From an uncultured Desulfobacteraceae bacterium (GTDB taxonomy: Bacteria > Desulfobacterota > DSM-4660 > Desulfatiglandales > B25-G16), in the NCBI GenBank assembly GCA_964655655.1, contig CAZZPR010000005.1, positions 1,968-65,967 on the forward strand: a stretch of DNA of 64,000 nt, given 5' to 3'. The notes beneath the pieces are model-generated. The model made no database searches. It worked only from the letters and a program-made list of their open reading frames with translations, and was not told where the DNA came from. The position numbers were made by a program, and so were the translations under genes. The first letter of the stretch is position 1, and the number at the start of each line of letters is the position of its first letter. Shown piece after piece: positions 48,092 to 56,879 of this stretch.

Positions 48092-49588
48092 TTAACGAAT
48101 AGCTAAACTTTCTTTGACTAACTTTTGTATTCCGTAGCCAAATAATTTATCAAATAAGTAGGCCATACAAAGATATACTATGACCCCAGCAACAACAAGT
48201 AGAATAAAATGCCAAATTTCGATTAAAGAAATGCTACTTTTAAAAATTATTAATATTAGCACCATTATTAATGCATTTATAAAGGGGAGAGCTATCATTT
48301 TGGAAAAAGAAGATATCCCGCATTTTGTAATATTTAAAACCATAAAAGCGAACCCCAAAGAAGATAAAAAAGTGCTAAAAAAAACTGCAAAGGATACCCC
48401 CAATATACCCCAATGGATAGAAAAGGGATAAATTAAAACAACTAATACAATCAGTCTAATTGCTTGCCATTTGGGTATTATGTACGGCCTATTCACAGCC
48501 AAGAATATTGGCCCTGTTGAAGCCTGTATTGATCTCACCAAGCCAGATAACACTAAGGCCTGCATAGCCGGTATCATCGGCATCCATTTATCGCCTAAAA
48601 AAATTGTTACGAATTCTGGAGCAAGCACAAATATGCCCCCAGCTAATGGCATGGAAATAAAAGCAGTTAGTTGTAACACTTTTAGATATGCCTCTCTCAG
48701 TTTTGGCAAATCGTCCTGCAATTTGGAATAGGCGGGAAATGTCACTCGGGAAATGACATGGGTTATTTCAGTAGCAGGTAAATTTGATATGAGGTAGGCC
48801 ATCTGATAAAGACCTAAGGCTGTAACGCCTAGCATTTTTCCAACAAAAATGTCGTCCCCCTGAGTTATTAAGAAACCCAATATACTTGAGCCCAACACCC
48901 ATCTGCCAAAACCGAATAGTTCCTGAAATTTTTCCTTTTCAAACCTGATCCGAGGCCGAAAAGGGTGGAGTATATAAGACATAATAAGACGAATGAAGTG
49001 GGCTGCAAGCCCTCCCCATACCAGGGCCCAGACATTTCGCAGAATAAAGGCCAGGGTAAGGGCAACACCAAGGTCAACCAAAGTACCTGACAATTCGTAG
49101 ATAAACTGCCTGCTGAACCGAAGTTCCTTTTGGAAAAAGATTATTCCTATGTTCCTTAGCCCTGAAAAAAGCGTGGAAACAGCAATGACTTTTATTACCA
49201 GCGTTGCCTGGGCGGAATTGAAGAATTCTGCGATTATAGGGGCGGAGAAAAACAGGATTGCAAAAAGAACAATTCCGCGTATAACGGAAACAGTCCAGGC
49301 GGTATCAAGGAAGCATTCGATATTCTCCTTTTTTTGGACAAGTGCTGCCTGGAAGCCGGTTTGGGAGAATGTTTCAAGGGTTGATATGGCGAGCATCGCA
49401 ATCCCCAGGAGACCGAAATCCGATGGGGCAAGCAGCCTCGCAAGGATTATTGTTCGAATAAAACCTAATCCTCGATTGGTAATCCTCAGGGAAAAAACCC
49501 ACAGCCCTCCCCTGGCCACCTTTTGTGAAAGAGATTCAGATGATGCTGGTTTGATTACCTCAATTGGTTTTATTGGTTCTGTTAACAT
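48092..49588 (-). CDS. Wzx-type polysaccharide flippase (MOP superfamily, polysaccharide biosynthesis protein)
   Basis: 498 aa with about 12-14 hydrophobic segments. The N-terminus GGLWVFSLRITNRGLGFIRTIILARLLAPSDFGL is typical of PST/Wzx proteins. Confidence 0.85.
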   Translation of the reverse strand: MLTEPIKPIEVIKPASSESLSQKVARGGLWVFSLRITNRGLGFIRTIILARLLAPSDFGLLGIAMLAISTLETFSQTGFQAALVQKKENIECFLDTAWTVSVIRGIVLFAILFFSAPIIAEFFNSAQATLVIKVIAVSTLFSGLRNIGIIFFQKELRFSRQFIYELSGTLVDLGVALTLAFILRNVWALVWGGLAAHFIRLIMSYILHPFRPRIRFEKEKFQELFGFGRWVLGSSILGFLITQGDDIFVGKMLGVTALGLYQMAYLISNLPATEITHVISRVTFPAYSKLQDDLPKLREAYLKVLQLTAFISMPLAGGIFVLAPEFVTIFLGDKWMPMIPAMQALVLSGLVRSIQASTGPIFLAVNRPYIIPKWQAIRLIVLVVLIYPFSIHWGILGVSFAVFFSTFLSSLGFAFMVLNITKCGISSFSKMIALPFINALIMVLILIIFKSSISLIEIWHFILLVVAGVIVYLCMAYLFDKLFGYGIQKLVKESLAIR

Positions 49589-49949
49589 CTTTGTTTAGAT
49601 AAGTTATGAAATTGTTGACTTTTTTCCAGACAACATCAGCCCGAGTTTTTACAAGCTCCATTTCTTCTTCACTAATATAATGCTGATCAAGGGCCACATA
49701 GCTATGACTCACTGTTTCGGCTACAGAAGCTCTTGAGTAATCAAGAAATTTCATGAAATCCTTATTACTTTTTCGATGGAAGCCTTCGGCTATGTTGGCC
49801 ATCGAGGAAACCGCACTATCTGTGATTTGACTCACTAATCTAAAATCTTTTGAGAAACGTCCTTGCTTTGTTAAACTGTAAATTAGTTGAACAAACCTTC
49901 TGGCTTCCTGCCAGCACTCTAAATCTTCAAATCGCTTAATAGTAGCCAT
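49560..49949 (-). CDS. Four-helix-bundle protein (the so-called 23S rRNA intervening-sequence protein family, TIGR02436-like)
   Basis: FEDLECWQEARRFVQLIY...QITDSAVSSMANIAEGFHR...FLDYSRASVAET. The 3' end overlaps the wzx start by 29 nt. Confidence 0.8.
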   Translation of the reverse strand: MATIKRFEDLECWQEARRFVQLIYSLTKQGRFSKDFRLVSQITDSAVSSMANIAEGFHRKSNKDFMKFLDYSRASVAETVSHSYVALDQHYISEEEMELVKTRADVVWKKVNNFITYLNKDVNRTNKTN

Positions 49950-50069
49950 AATAAAAAACAAGGCTCTTTTTCTTGTCTAATTGACAAATCAAACCAATCG
50001 GATAAATGGGAATGAAAACCCTCTTTTTTGACTAACAAACCAATAAACCAATCTAACCAATAGAACCAT

Positions 50070-50687
50070 TTAAACCCTTATTGCTGCAGCCTCTAAGAAC
50101 TCTTTTATCTCTCTGTCGTCAGGGGCGTAATCAATATATTCCATGGTCTCAGAGTAATCTACGTCCTCAAAATAACACAATTGCTCTCTAAATAGTTTTG
50201 AATTGAAATGGGAGGTAAATATATCTCTGGCCTTTTCAATAAGCTCTTCCATGGTTATTCTAAATTTCAACAAAAAGTACAAATCCACATAATCCTTCCA
50301 TTTACTGCGCCTGCCTAAGGCGTAAGCCTTCATGGCACCCAGTTCAATAATTTCAGGAAGAGTTATATTTCCTCGCTGCCAGATTATTTCATGGTGAATT
50401 GCAAAGGGGAAATTAAAAAAAGTCACTCTGATGCCAGAGATAAGTACTGAAAATTCATAACTTGTTGCAGTAAATACTTTCTGAATCCTAAATCCAGTCC
50501 TGATAAGCTGGCGCTCCAAATCAAACGGAATAATTTCCTTGAAAGATGCCAAGTCAAAATCCAAGGAGCGTCTATGCCCCATATGAAGAGCAAGCGCCGT
50601 GCCTCCTGCCAGGTAAAAATTTTCCATTTCGGGCAACAATCCCTCTGCCAAAGCCATCTGCTTTTGAGATAAGACGTTCTCAAACAT
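50070..50687 (-). CDS. Nucleotidyltransferase, AbiEii/AbiGii-type toxin family (short form)
   Basis: FYLAGGTALALHMGHRRSLDFDL is characteristic of the DUF1814/AbiEii family. ATG at 50687, with the ORF open to TTG 50696. Confidence 0.75.
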   Translation of the reverse strand: MFENVLSQKQMALAEGLLPEMENFYLAGGTALALHMGHRRSLDFDLASFKEIIPFDLERQLIRTGFRIQKVFTATSYEFSVLISGIRVTFFNFPFAIHHEIIWQRGNITLPEIIELGAMKAYALGRRSKWKDYVDLYFLLKFRITMEELIEKARDIFTSHFNSKLFREQLCYFEDVDYSETMEYIDYAPDDREIKEFLEAAAIRV

Positions 50688-50943
50688 TCTTGGCAAAGAC
50701 CTTTCTAAAAAAATTGACCGTTTGAGGGCGGTAATTATGCCGGGGTCTTGAGATCTGCTTCAAAAAAATCTCTTTTACCTGCTCCCTGCCCGCAAGTTGA
50801 AACAGTCTCTCTACATCATCCATATCCCCATTAGCAAGCACACCCTGAACAACGGATTCCAGAGATAAATCTTCTTTGTTTTTAACCCACCACCAGAGGT
50901 ACGGCCTCTGTTTTACTATCCTATCATACAATACTGTGTCCAT
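50680..50943 (-). CDS. Small protein, putative cognate antitoxin/partner of the AbiEii-like gene
   Basis: 87 aa ORF overlapping the toxin start by 8 nt. The LWWWVKNKEDLSLESVVQGVLANGDMDDVERLFQLAGREQVKEIF pattern recurs upstream of such short NTases (from memory). Confidence 0.6.
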   Translation of the reverse strand: MDTVLYDRIVKQRPYLWWWVKNKEDLSLESVVQGVLANGDMDDVERLFQLAGREQVKEIFLKQISRPRHNYRPQTVNFFRKVFAKNV

Positions 50944-51078
50944 AACTTGAATATTGGTTTAATTTGCCTTCTTTATTCTATCCGTCCTGAATGGTTGCAA
51001 CAATTGCATATAGCCTGGAGCCCTATCAAAATATTTTTCGAATTTAATCCTATTAAGATCCCCTACTAAGCAAAACTT

Positions 51079-51097
51079 GGCACATAGAGAGTGCCAT
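51079..51097 (-). terminator. Hairpin TGGCAC-N7-GTGCCA just downstream of the AAA ATPase gene (possible terminator)
   Basis: 6-bp perfect stem. On the minus strand it is followed by AGTTTTGC. It lies 24 nt past the stop at 51121. Confidence 0.3.
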
Positions 51098-51120
51098 TTC
51101 TAGATTTTCTACACATCTCT

Positions 51121-52407
51121 TTATATCATCCATGGGGGCAGGAAAAAAATCTCATTATTGCTTGCAAATTGGTCATGTGTTACTACGACCTTCTTAAAAT
51201 CAGGGTAAATCTCGCCAAATGCCTTGAGTCCGGAAGGCTGTCTAAAGCGGGCATTGGGTGTGAACTTCACCTCAAATGCCAGGTTTTGTTCTCCAGTCAA
51301 AACAAAATCAATCTCAGTTTTTGAGATTGTTCTCCAAAAATAGAGTCCGTCTATTACACCCAAGTTCTTGTAAAGCTCACAAAAGATCGTGTTTTCAAGT
51401 AGAGCGCCCTTATCAGGACGAAAGCTCAACTCTGTAAAATTTTTTAGGGCAAAATTCCTTAATCCGGTGTCCAGAAAAAATAACTTCGGCATTTTGGTCA
51501 ACTCTTTTCGAATATTAGTATGAAACGGGGGGAGCATATACATGATAAAAGAATTTTCAAGAACCGATAGATAGCGTCTCACAGTATCCCTGCCAATTCC
51601 AAGAGTGCCTGAAAGTTCATTTACATTCAAAAGCCCTCCTGTACTTCCGGCTAATAGCTTGAACAAATTCCGAAAAGCGGAGATATTAAGCACATCAAAC
51701 ATGACATTGACGTCTTTCATTTCATATGTCTCAAAGATCTCTCTCAATTCTCTCAGCTTTTCCTCTTTTGATCTTGCCAAAACAACCTTTGGATAGCCAC
51801 CATAAAGAACATATTCCTCAAACAGGGCTTCCATTTCCTGGGTAAACGGTTTAATTCTTTCAGGGTCGATTTTCATTTTTTTTTGGAGGAGATTCCTGAA
51901 ATAAAATTTTTCCGCTACGGATGTAAGTATTTTATTTTCCTTGAACAATAAAAATTCCTGAAAATCGAGGGGGAATAGCGTAAATGCCTTCTTCCTTCCA
52001 GTCATACCGTCTTTGAATCTCTTGATGGCTAAAGAAATAGAACCTGTTACAATCAGCTTGAGAGTAGTCTCAAAGTCAGCAATATATTTCAAAAAATGGG
52101 ATGGATCATTCAGATACTGGATTTCATCTATCATAACTATCGAATCTTTGTGTGGGTCTGCTCCAGAAAAAATACAATACTCTCGAAAGTATTTAGGATC
52201 CCTATTCAGAGCAGACAGTTGATCTGTATCTTCCAAGTTAAAGGTCAGAATATTTCTCGAGTCACCCCATTTCTCTTTTATATCTTCCCTTAAAAGGTCT
52301 AAAAGGGTTGATTTCCCCACTTGGCGTGCGCCTAAGATAACCAAGGCGTCAGGCTTTTCAAGCCAGGGTTGTATCTTCTTCTGTAATTTTCTCTTGAAAT
52401 ATTTCAT
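51121..52407 (-). CDS. AAA+ ATPase with C-terminal DUF4143-like domain
   Basis: Walker A ILGARQVGKSTLL and Walker B VMIDEIQYL. The C-terminal region, with FWRTISKTEIDFV, is typical of the DUF4143 family. Confidence 0.82.
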   Translation of the reverse strand: MKYFKRKLQKKIQPWLEKPDALVILGARQVGKSTLLDLLREDIKEKWGDSRNILTFNLEDTDQLSALNRDPKYFREYCIFSGADPHKDSIVMIDEIQYLNDPSHFLKYIADFETTLKLIVTGSISLAIKRFKDGMTGRKKAFTLFPLDFQEFLLFKENKILTSVAEKFYFRNLLQKKMKIDPERIKPFTQEMEALFEEYVLYGGYPKVVLARSKEEKLRELREIFETYEMKDVNVMFDVLNISAFRNLFKLLAGSTGGLLNVNELSGTLGIGRDTVRRYLSVLENSFIMYMLPPFHTNIRKELTKMPKLFFLDTGLRNFALKNFTELSFRPDKGALLENTIFCELYKNLGVIDGLYFWRTISKTEIDFVLTGEQNLAFEVKFTPNARFRQPSGLKAFGEIYPDFKKVVVTHDQFASNNEIFFLPPWMI

Positions 52408-52722
52408 AAAAGCTATTACTTATAATACATTTAATTTAATAATATGTATTATTGACCATCTATTTGTCAATAATTATTTTATCTGTTGCAAGATTAGGTT
52501 GAGGCACAGAGCGCGCTCCTCAACTCAGACAATTCTATGAGATAATTGATAAATTTTCAAAAATATAGAATATTTCCTTCAAATCCCCTGAGTATTCCTT
52601 TGGCAGGCGCCTGACTTAGGAACCCCCTATTCCTCCGGAAAACAAGTTCTGCTGCAAAATATGGTTCTAAACACAGTGATATTTGTTTGATATTCAATCG
52701 TCTTCTGTTATAAATCATAAAT

Positions 52723-55275
52723 ATGAAGGCCAAGATAAAATACAAGGTAATCCCAAACATCCCTCCGGGCCTTGATGCACTCAGAAGACTGGCCTATAAC
52801 ATCTGTTTTAGCTGGAAGGACGAAATACAGGACCTTTTTCAGCGCATAAACCCCAGGCTGTGGGAGGAATGCTCCCACAACCCTGTACTTATGCTGGGCC
52901 TGGTCAGCCAGGACCGTCTCGACGAGTTATCCAGTGATTCCAACTTCCTTGCACAATTGGACAGGGTGACTCAGAATTTCGACCGCTACCTTTCTCAGCC
53001 CCGCATACGGGCAGAGGAATACTTTCCGGAAATCCCGTTCCAAATAGCCTATTTTTCCGCGGAGTTCGGCCTTACCAAGTGCCTCCCCATTTATTCCGGT
53101 GGTTTGGGCGTGCTCGCCGGAGATACCCTTAAATCCGCCAGCGACTTGAATGTACCACTGGTTGGAGTAGGGCTCCTCTATCAGGAAGGTTACTTTAGAC
53201 AGTACCTGACCGCAGACGGGTGGCAGATGGAAACCTATCTTTTGAACGATTTCGATAACATGCCCGTTGATTTGGTGCGCGATGAGAAAGGCCGTCCCCT
53301 CACCGTATCTGTGAATCTCGGAGGACAAAACGTTGATATCCTGATATGGCGTATCAACGCAGGCAGAGTGCCTCTTTATATGCTGGATACAAACCTTGGA
53401 ACCAATCCACCGGAATACCGTAGAATTACCGCCCAGCTTTACGGAGGGGACCGCGAAATGAGACTCAGACAGGAAATCGTCCTGGGAATAGGCGGTATGC
53501 GGGCGCTTAAGGCACTGGGCATTGATCCTGCGGTTATCCATATAAACGAGGGGCATTCGGCATTTTCCGCCCTGGAAAGGATAAACACACTGCGCAAAGA
53601 ATATGCCCTTTCCTTTGACCAGGCCCGGGAGATTGTACTGGCAACCACGGTTTTTACCACTCATACCCCGGTACCGGCTGGAAATGATCTGTTTGACCCC
53701 GAATTGGTACGTGCGTATTTCGAGTCCTATGCCAAGGAGCTCGGAATTGCTTTCAAGGTATTACTTGGCTACGGCAGAACCGACCCCAGGGATGAGGGGG
53801 AATCATTTGGTATGAGCACCCTTGCATTGAGGCTTTCCGCCCATACCAATGCCGTTAGCCGGCTTCACAAGCAGGTCAGCCAGTCGATGTGGCAAAAGGT
53901 ATGGCACCACCAGCCGGTGGAAGACGTTCCCATAGACTACATCACCAACGGCATTCATGTCCCCACCTGGATCTCCAGGGATATGGGGACATTATTCGAT
54001 CGCTATTTGGGGCTGGACTGGGCCGAAGACCCGGACAATGAGCGGGTTTGGGAGCAGGTGGAACATATCCCGGACCCGGAACTCTGGCGTACCCACGAAC
54101 GATGCCGCGAACGGCTGGTGGGCTTCGTCCGCGGGCAATTGCAGGACCAGCTCAACAACCGTGGTGCACCTGTTTCCGAGGTCCAGGCTGCGGGAGAGGT
54201 GCTGACACCCGAGGCCCTGACCATAGGATTTGCGCGGCGCTTTGCCACATACAAAAGGGCCATACTTCTCTTTCAAGACCCGGACACACTTGATAAGATA
54301 GTGAACAACCCCAAATATCCGGTTCAAATAGTTTTTGCCGGAAAGGCACACCCCCAGGATCATCAGGCCAAGGAATTCATAAAAAGGATCTTTCATCTGA
54401 CACGGGAGGAACGTTTCCGGCGCAGGATTATATTCCTGGAAAACTACAACATACATCTCGCGCAGCAGCTTGTAAGCGGATGCGATCTCTGGCTCAACAC
54501 TCCCCGCCGTCCCCTGGAAGCCTGCGGCACAAGCGGCATGAAGGCCCTTGCCAACGGTTCTCTCAACATGAGCGTACTGGACGGCTGGTGGGACGAGGGA
54601 TATAATCGTGATTTCGGGTGGGCGATCGGGCACGGAGAGGTATACCAGGATCACGAGGCCCAGGATAATATTGAAAGCCGGGAGATTTTTAACCTGTTAC
54701 AGGAAGAAGTCATACCCCTCTTCTACCAGAGGGGGCCGGACGGTATACCCAGGGGCTGGGTGCAAAAGATGAAGGCCGGGCTCCGGTTTCTCACCCCTGC
54801 ATTCAACTCCCACCGAATGCTCCAGGAGTACCTGAGGCGATACTACCTCCCCTGCTCCATCCGTTTCAACAACCTCTGCCGCAACGATTTCGCCAATGCC
54901 AAAAAACTGGCCTCCTGGAGGCAAAAGCTTATGACAGGCTGGCAGGACATAACCGTGGAAGGTGTTTCCTCCGGTGACAACCTGGAAATGCCCGCAGGAA
55001 AAGAACTTGAAGTGAAGGCTAGAATAAGGCTTGGACCGCTTTCTCCGGAAGACGTTACAGTAGAGGCCTATTACGGAAGACTGAATCAAAACGGCGATTT
55101 TATGGAGCGCAATACAACCCCTTTACAGGCAACGGACACGGAGGACGGTGTCTATATCTTCAGGGGAAAAATCCCATGCCTGACAACGGGCCGCTTCGGC
55201 TATACTGTACGCATCACACCCAGCACAGAAAGGCTGGAAAACCGTTTCGCAATCGGCCTGCTCAAATGGGCCTGA
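52723..55275 (+). CDS. glgP: Alpha-glucan phosphorylase (GT35, GlgP-type with N-terminal DUF3417-like region)
   Basis: IAYFSAEFGL, YSGGLGVLAGD, and the PLP-lysine region LEACGTSGMKALANG. 850 aa. Confidence 0.9.
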   Translation: MKAKIKYKVIPNIPPGLDALRRLAYNICFSWKDEIQDLFQRINPRLWEECSHNPVLMLGLVSQDRLDELSSDSNFLAQLDRVTQNFDRYLSQPRIRAEEYFPEIPFQIAYFSAEFGLTKCLPIYSGGLGVLAGDTLKSASDLNVPLVGVGLLYQEGYFRQYLTADGWQMETYLLNDFDNMPVDLVRDEKGRPLTVSVNLGGQNVDILIWRINAGRVPLYMLDTNLGTNPPEYRRITAQLYGGDREMRLRQEIVLGIGGMRALKALGIDPAVIHINEGHSAFSALERINTLRKEYALSFDQAREIVLATTVFTTHTPVPAGNDLFDPELVRAYFESYAKELGIAFKVLLGYGRTDPRDEGESFGMSTLALRLSAHTNAVSRLHKQVSQSMWQKVWHHQPVEDVPIDYITNGIHVPTWISRDMGTLFDRYLGLDWAEDPDNERVWEQVEHIPDPELWRTHERCRERLVGFVRGQLQDQLNNRGAPVSEVQAAGEVLTPEALTIGFARRFATYKRAILLFQDPDTLDKIVNNPKYPVQIVFAGKAHPQDHQAKEFIKRIFHLTREERFRRRIIFLENYNIHLAQQLVSGCDLWLNTPRRPLEACGTSGMKALANGSLNMSVLDGWWDEGYNRDFGWAIGHGEVYQDHEAQDNIESREIFNLLQEEVIPLFYQRGPDGIPRGWVQKMKAGLRFLTPAFNSHRMLQEYLRRYYLPCSIRFNNLCRNDFANAKKLASWRQKLMTGWQDITVEGVSSGDNLEMPAGKELEVKARIRLGPLSPEDVTVEAYYGRLNQNGDFMERNTTPLQATDTEDGVYIFRGKIPCLTTGRFGYTVRITPSTERLENRFAIGLLKWA

Positions 55276-55288
55276 CTACTTACCTGCC

Positions 55289-56878
55289 CTATACAGTGGA
55301 TATGGTGTGATACGCGTCCTCAGCTATTTCCTGGAAATTAATCCTGCATTCAAGTAATGCCTCGGGAAGGTACTCCATAATATCCTGGGCGGTTACTCCG
55401 TCCCCTCCGATTTCCCGGGCTGAAAGATCACCGGAAAACCCGTGAACGAAAACCCCCATCCTGATACCCTGCTCGAGAGGCAATCCCATGCCACACATAG
55501 CTGCTATGGTACCCACCAACACATCCCCGCTTCCGGCAGTGGCCATGCCCGGATTTCCGCTGGTGTTTATGAAGATAGGGCCCCCCGGAAACCCTATCAA
55601 TGTGTGGGCCCCTTTCAGGATTATTGTGGAATTCAATTCCCTGCAGGCACCGGACAATACGGATATCCTGTCTTGTTTAATCTCATCCGCATTTTTACCT
55701 ATAATCCTGGACATTTCGCCCGGATGAGGTGTGAGTAAAGTAGGCCCTGTCCTTTTTTTCAGGATTTCCGTATCCTCTGATATTGCGGTAATCCCGTCCC
55801 CGTCTATTATCAGGGGTTTCTGTATGCTTTTTGCCAGCTCCCTTGCCAACTCCTTGGTTTCACTGTTCAAAGACAGACCAGGGCCCATTACCACTAAGTC
55901 CGCGCCCTGGGAAAAATCCAGGATTGATTCAGCGGCCTTCAGGGAAATACTTCCGGTATCCGTTTCCTCCTGGGGAACAAATACGATCTCACTTCCCTTT
56001 GTGGCCAAAAAATTGGTTATGGACCGGGGCGAAGCCAGGTATGAAAGCCCCCCGCCCGCTTTCAGAAAGGAAAGGGCGGAAAAATAGGGTGCACCCAGGT
56101 AATTTGATGAGCCTGCTATGAAAAGCGTCTTTCCGTAGTCTCCCTTGTGGGAATCAGGATCTCTTTCCGGAATCTGCACCGGGTCATTGGTCTCCACCTT
56201 AATTTCCGGGTCATTATAAAGGGCGGGAGGAAAGGATATATGGGTTACAAAAAGTTTCCCGCAATAATCAAATCCCGGATAAAGCAGGTTTCCCAGTTTC
56301 GGAAGACCGAATGTCACGGTATAATCCGCTTTTACGGCACAGCCCATTACCTGGCCCGTGTCCCCGCTTATCCCCGAGGGTATATCCACGCTGAATACAG
56401 TTTTACCACTCAGGTTTATATGCAGTAAAACATCCCTGTATTTGCCGCCCACATTCCTCATGAGCCCTGTCCCTAACAAGGCATCCACTATTGCGTCGCA
56501 ACCTGATATGGATTCCAGTGCCTGGTCTAGGTTTTTCAGGACCTCCATCTCCACCGGAAGTGCATCCATAATATCAAGGTTAAATCTCGCGGCACCCTTT
56601 AATTTTTCTCTTTCCCCTAAGAAAAATACCTTTACCAGGCCACCGTTGGAGTGAAGCTTTCTGGCGACTACAAATCCGTCTCCGCCGTTATTGCCGGATC
56701 CGCAAAACACGGCGAACCTTTTGCCCACCACTCCGAATTCACCTTGTATTACGGTATATACCGCACCACCCGCATTCTCCATTAGTATGTTATCCGGTAT
56801 CCTGTAATGCTCTATGGCTCTTTGGTCAAGGGCCCTCATCTGGTCCACGTTAGTTATCTTCACGCGTCCTCCTATCAA
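55289..56878 (-). CDS. nnr: Bifunctional NAD(P)H-hydrate repair enzyme (epimerase/ADP-dependent dehydratase)
   Basis: FCGSGNNGGDGFVVA in the YjeF-N domain, GSGDVLVGTIAA in the C-terminal kinase-like domain. The start is ambiguous: TTG 56878, or GTG 56863 after TAGGAGGA. Confidence 0.88.
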   Translation of the reverse strand: MIGGRVKITNVDQMRALDQRAIEHYRIPDNILMENAGGAVYTVIQGEFGVVGKRFAVFCGSGNNGGDGFVVARKLHSNGGLVKVFFLGEREKLKGAARFNLDIMDALPVEMEVLKNLDQALESISGCDAIVDALLGTGLMRNVGGKYRDVLLHINLSGKTVFSVDIPSGISGDTGQVMGCAVKADYTVTFGLPKLGNLLYPGFDYCGKLFVTHISFPPALYNDPEIKVETNDPVQIPERDPDSHKGDYGKTLFIAGSSNYLGAPYFSALSFLKAGGGLSYLASPRSITNFLATKGSEIVFVPQEETDTGSISLKAAESILDFSQGADLVVMGPGLSLNSETKELARELAKSIQKPLIIDGDGITAISEDTEILKKRTGPTLLTPHPGEMSRIIGKNADEIKQDRISVLSGACRELNSTIILKGAHTLIGFPGGPIFINTSGNPGMATAGSGDVLVGTIAAMCGMGLPLEQGIRMGVFVHGFSGDLSAREIGGDGVTAQDIMEYLPEALLECRINFQEIAEDAYHTISTV

Positions 56879-56879
56879 A

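Noticed and set aside
51079-51097. TTGGCAC...GTGCCA resembled a sigma-54 -24/-12 element (TGGCAC-N5-TTGC).
   Set aside because: The spacing and the -12 element do not fit. The sequence is a simple 6-bp palindrome lying downstream of the ATPase stop, so it is more plausibly a weak terminator hairpin.
15173-55275. A functional link between the MpgP/GpgP-like phosphatase, the methyltransferase-rich glycan island and glgP, analogous to methylglucose lipopolysaccharide pathways.
   Set aside because: The genes are 20-37 kb apart and in different transcription units. No glucosyl- or mannosyl-3-phosphoglycerate synthase is visible, so this is pure speculation without support in the sequence.
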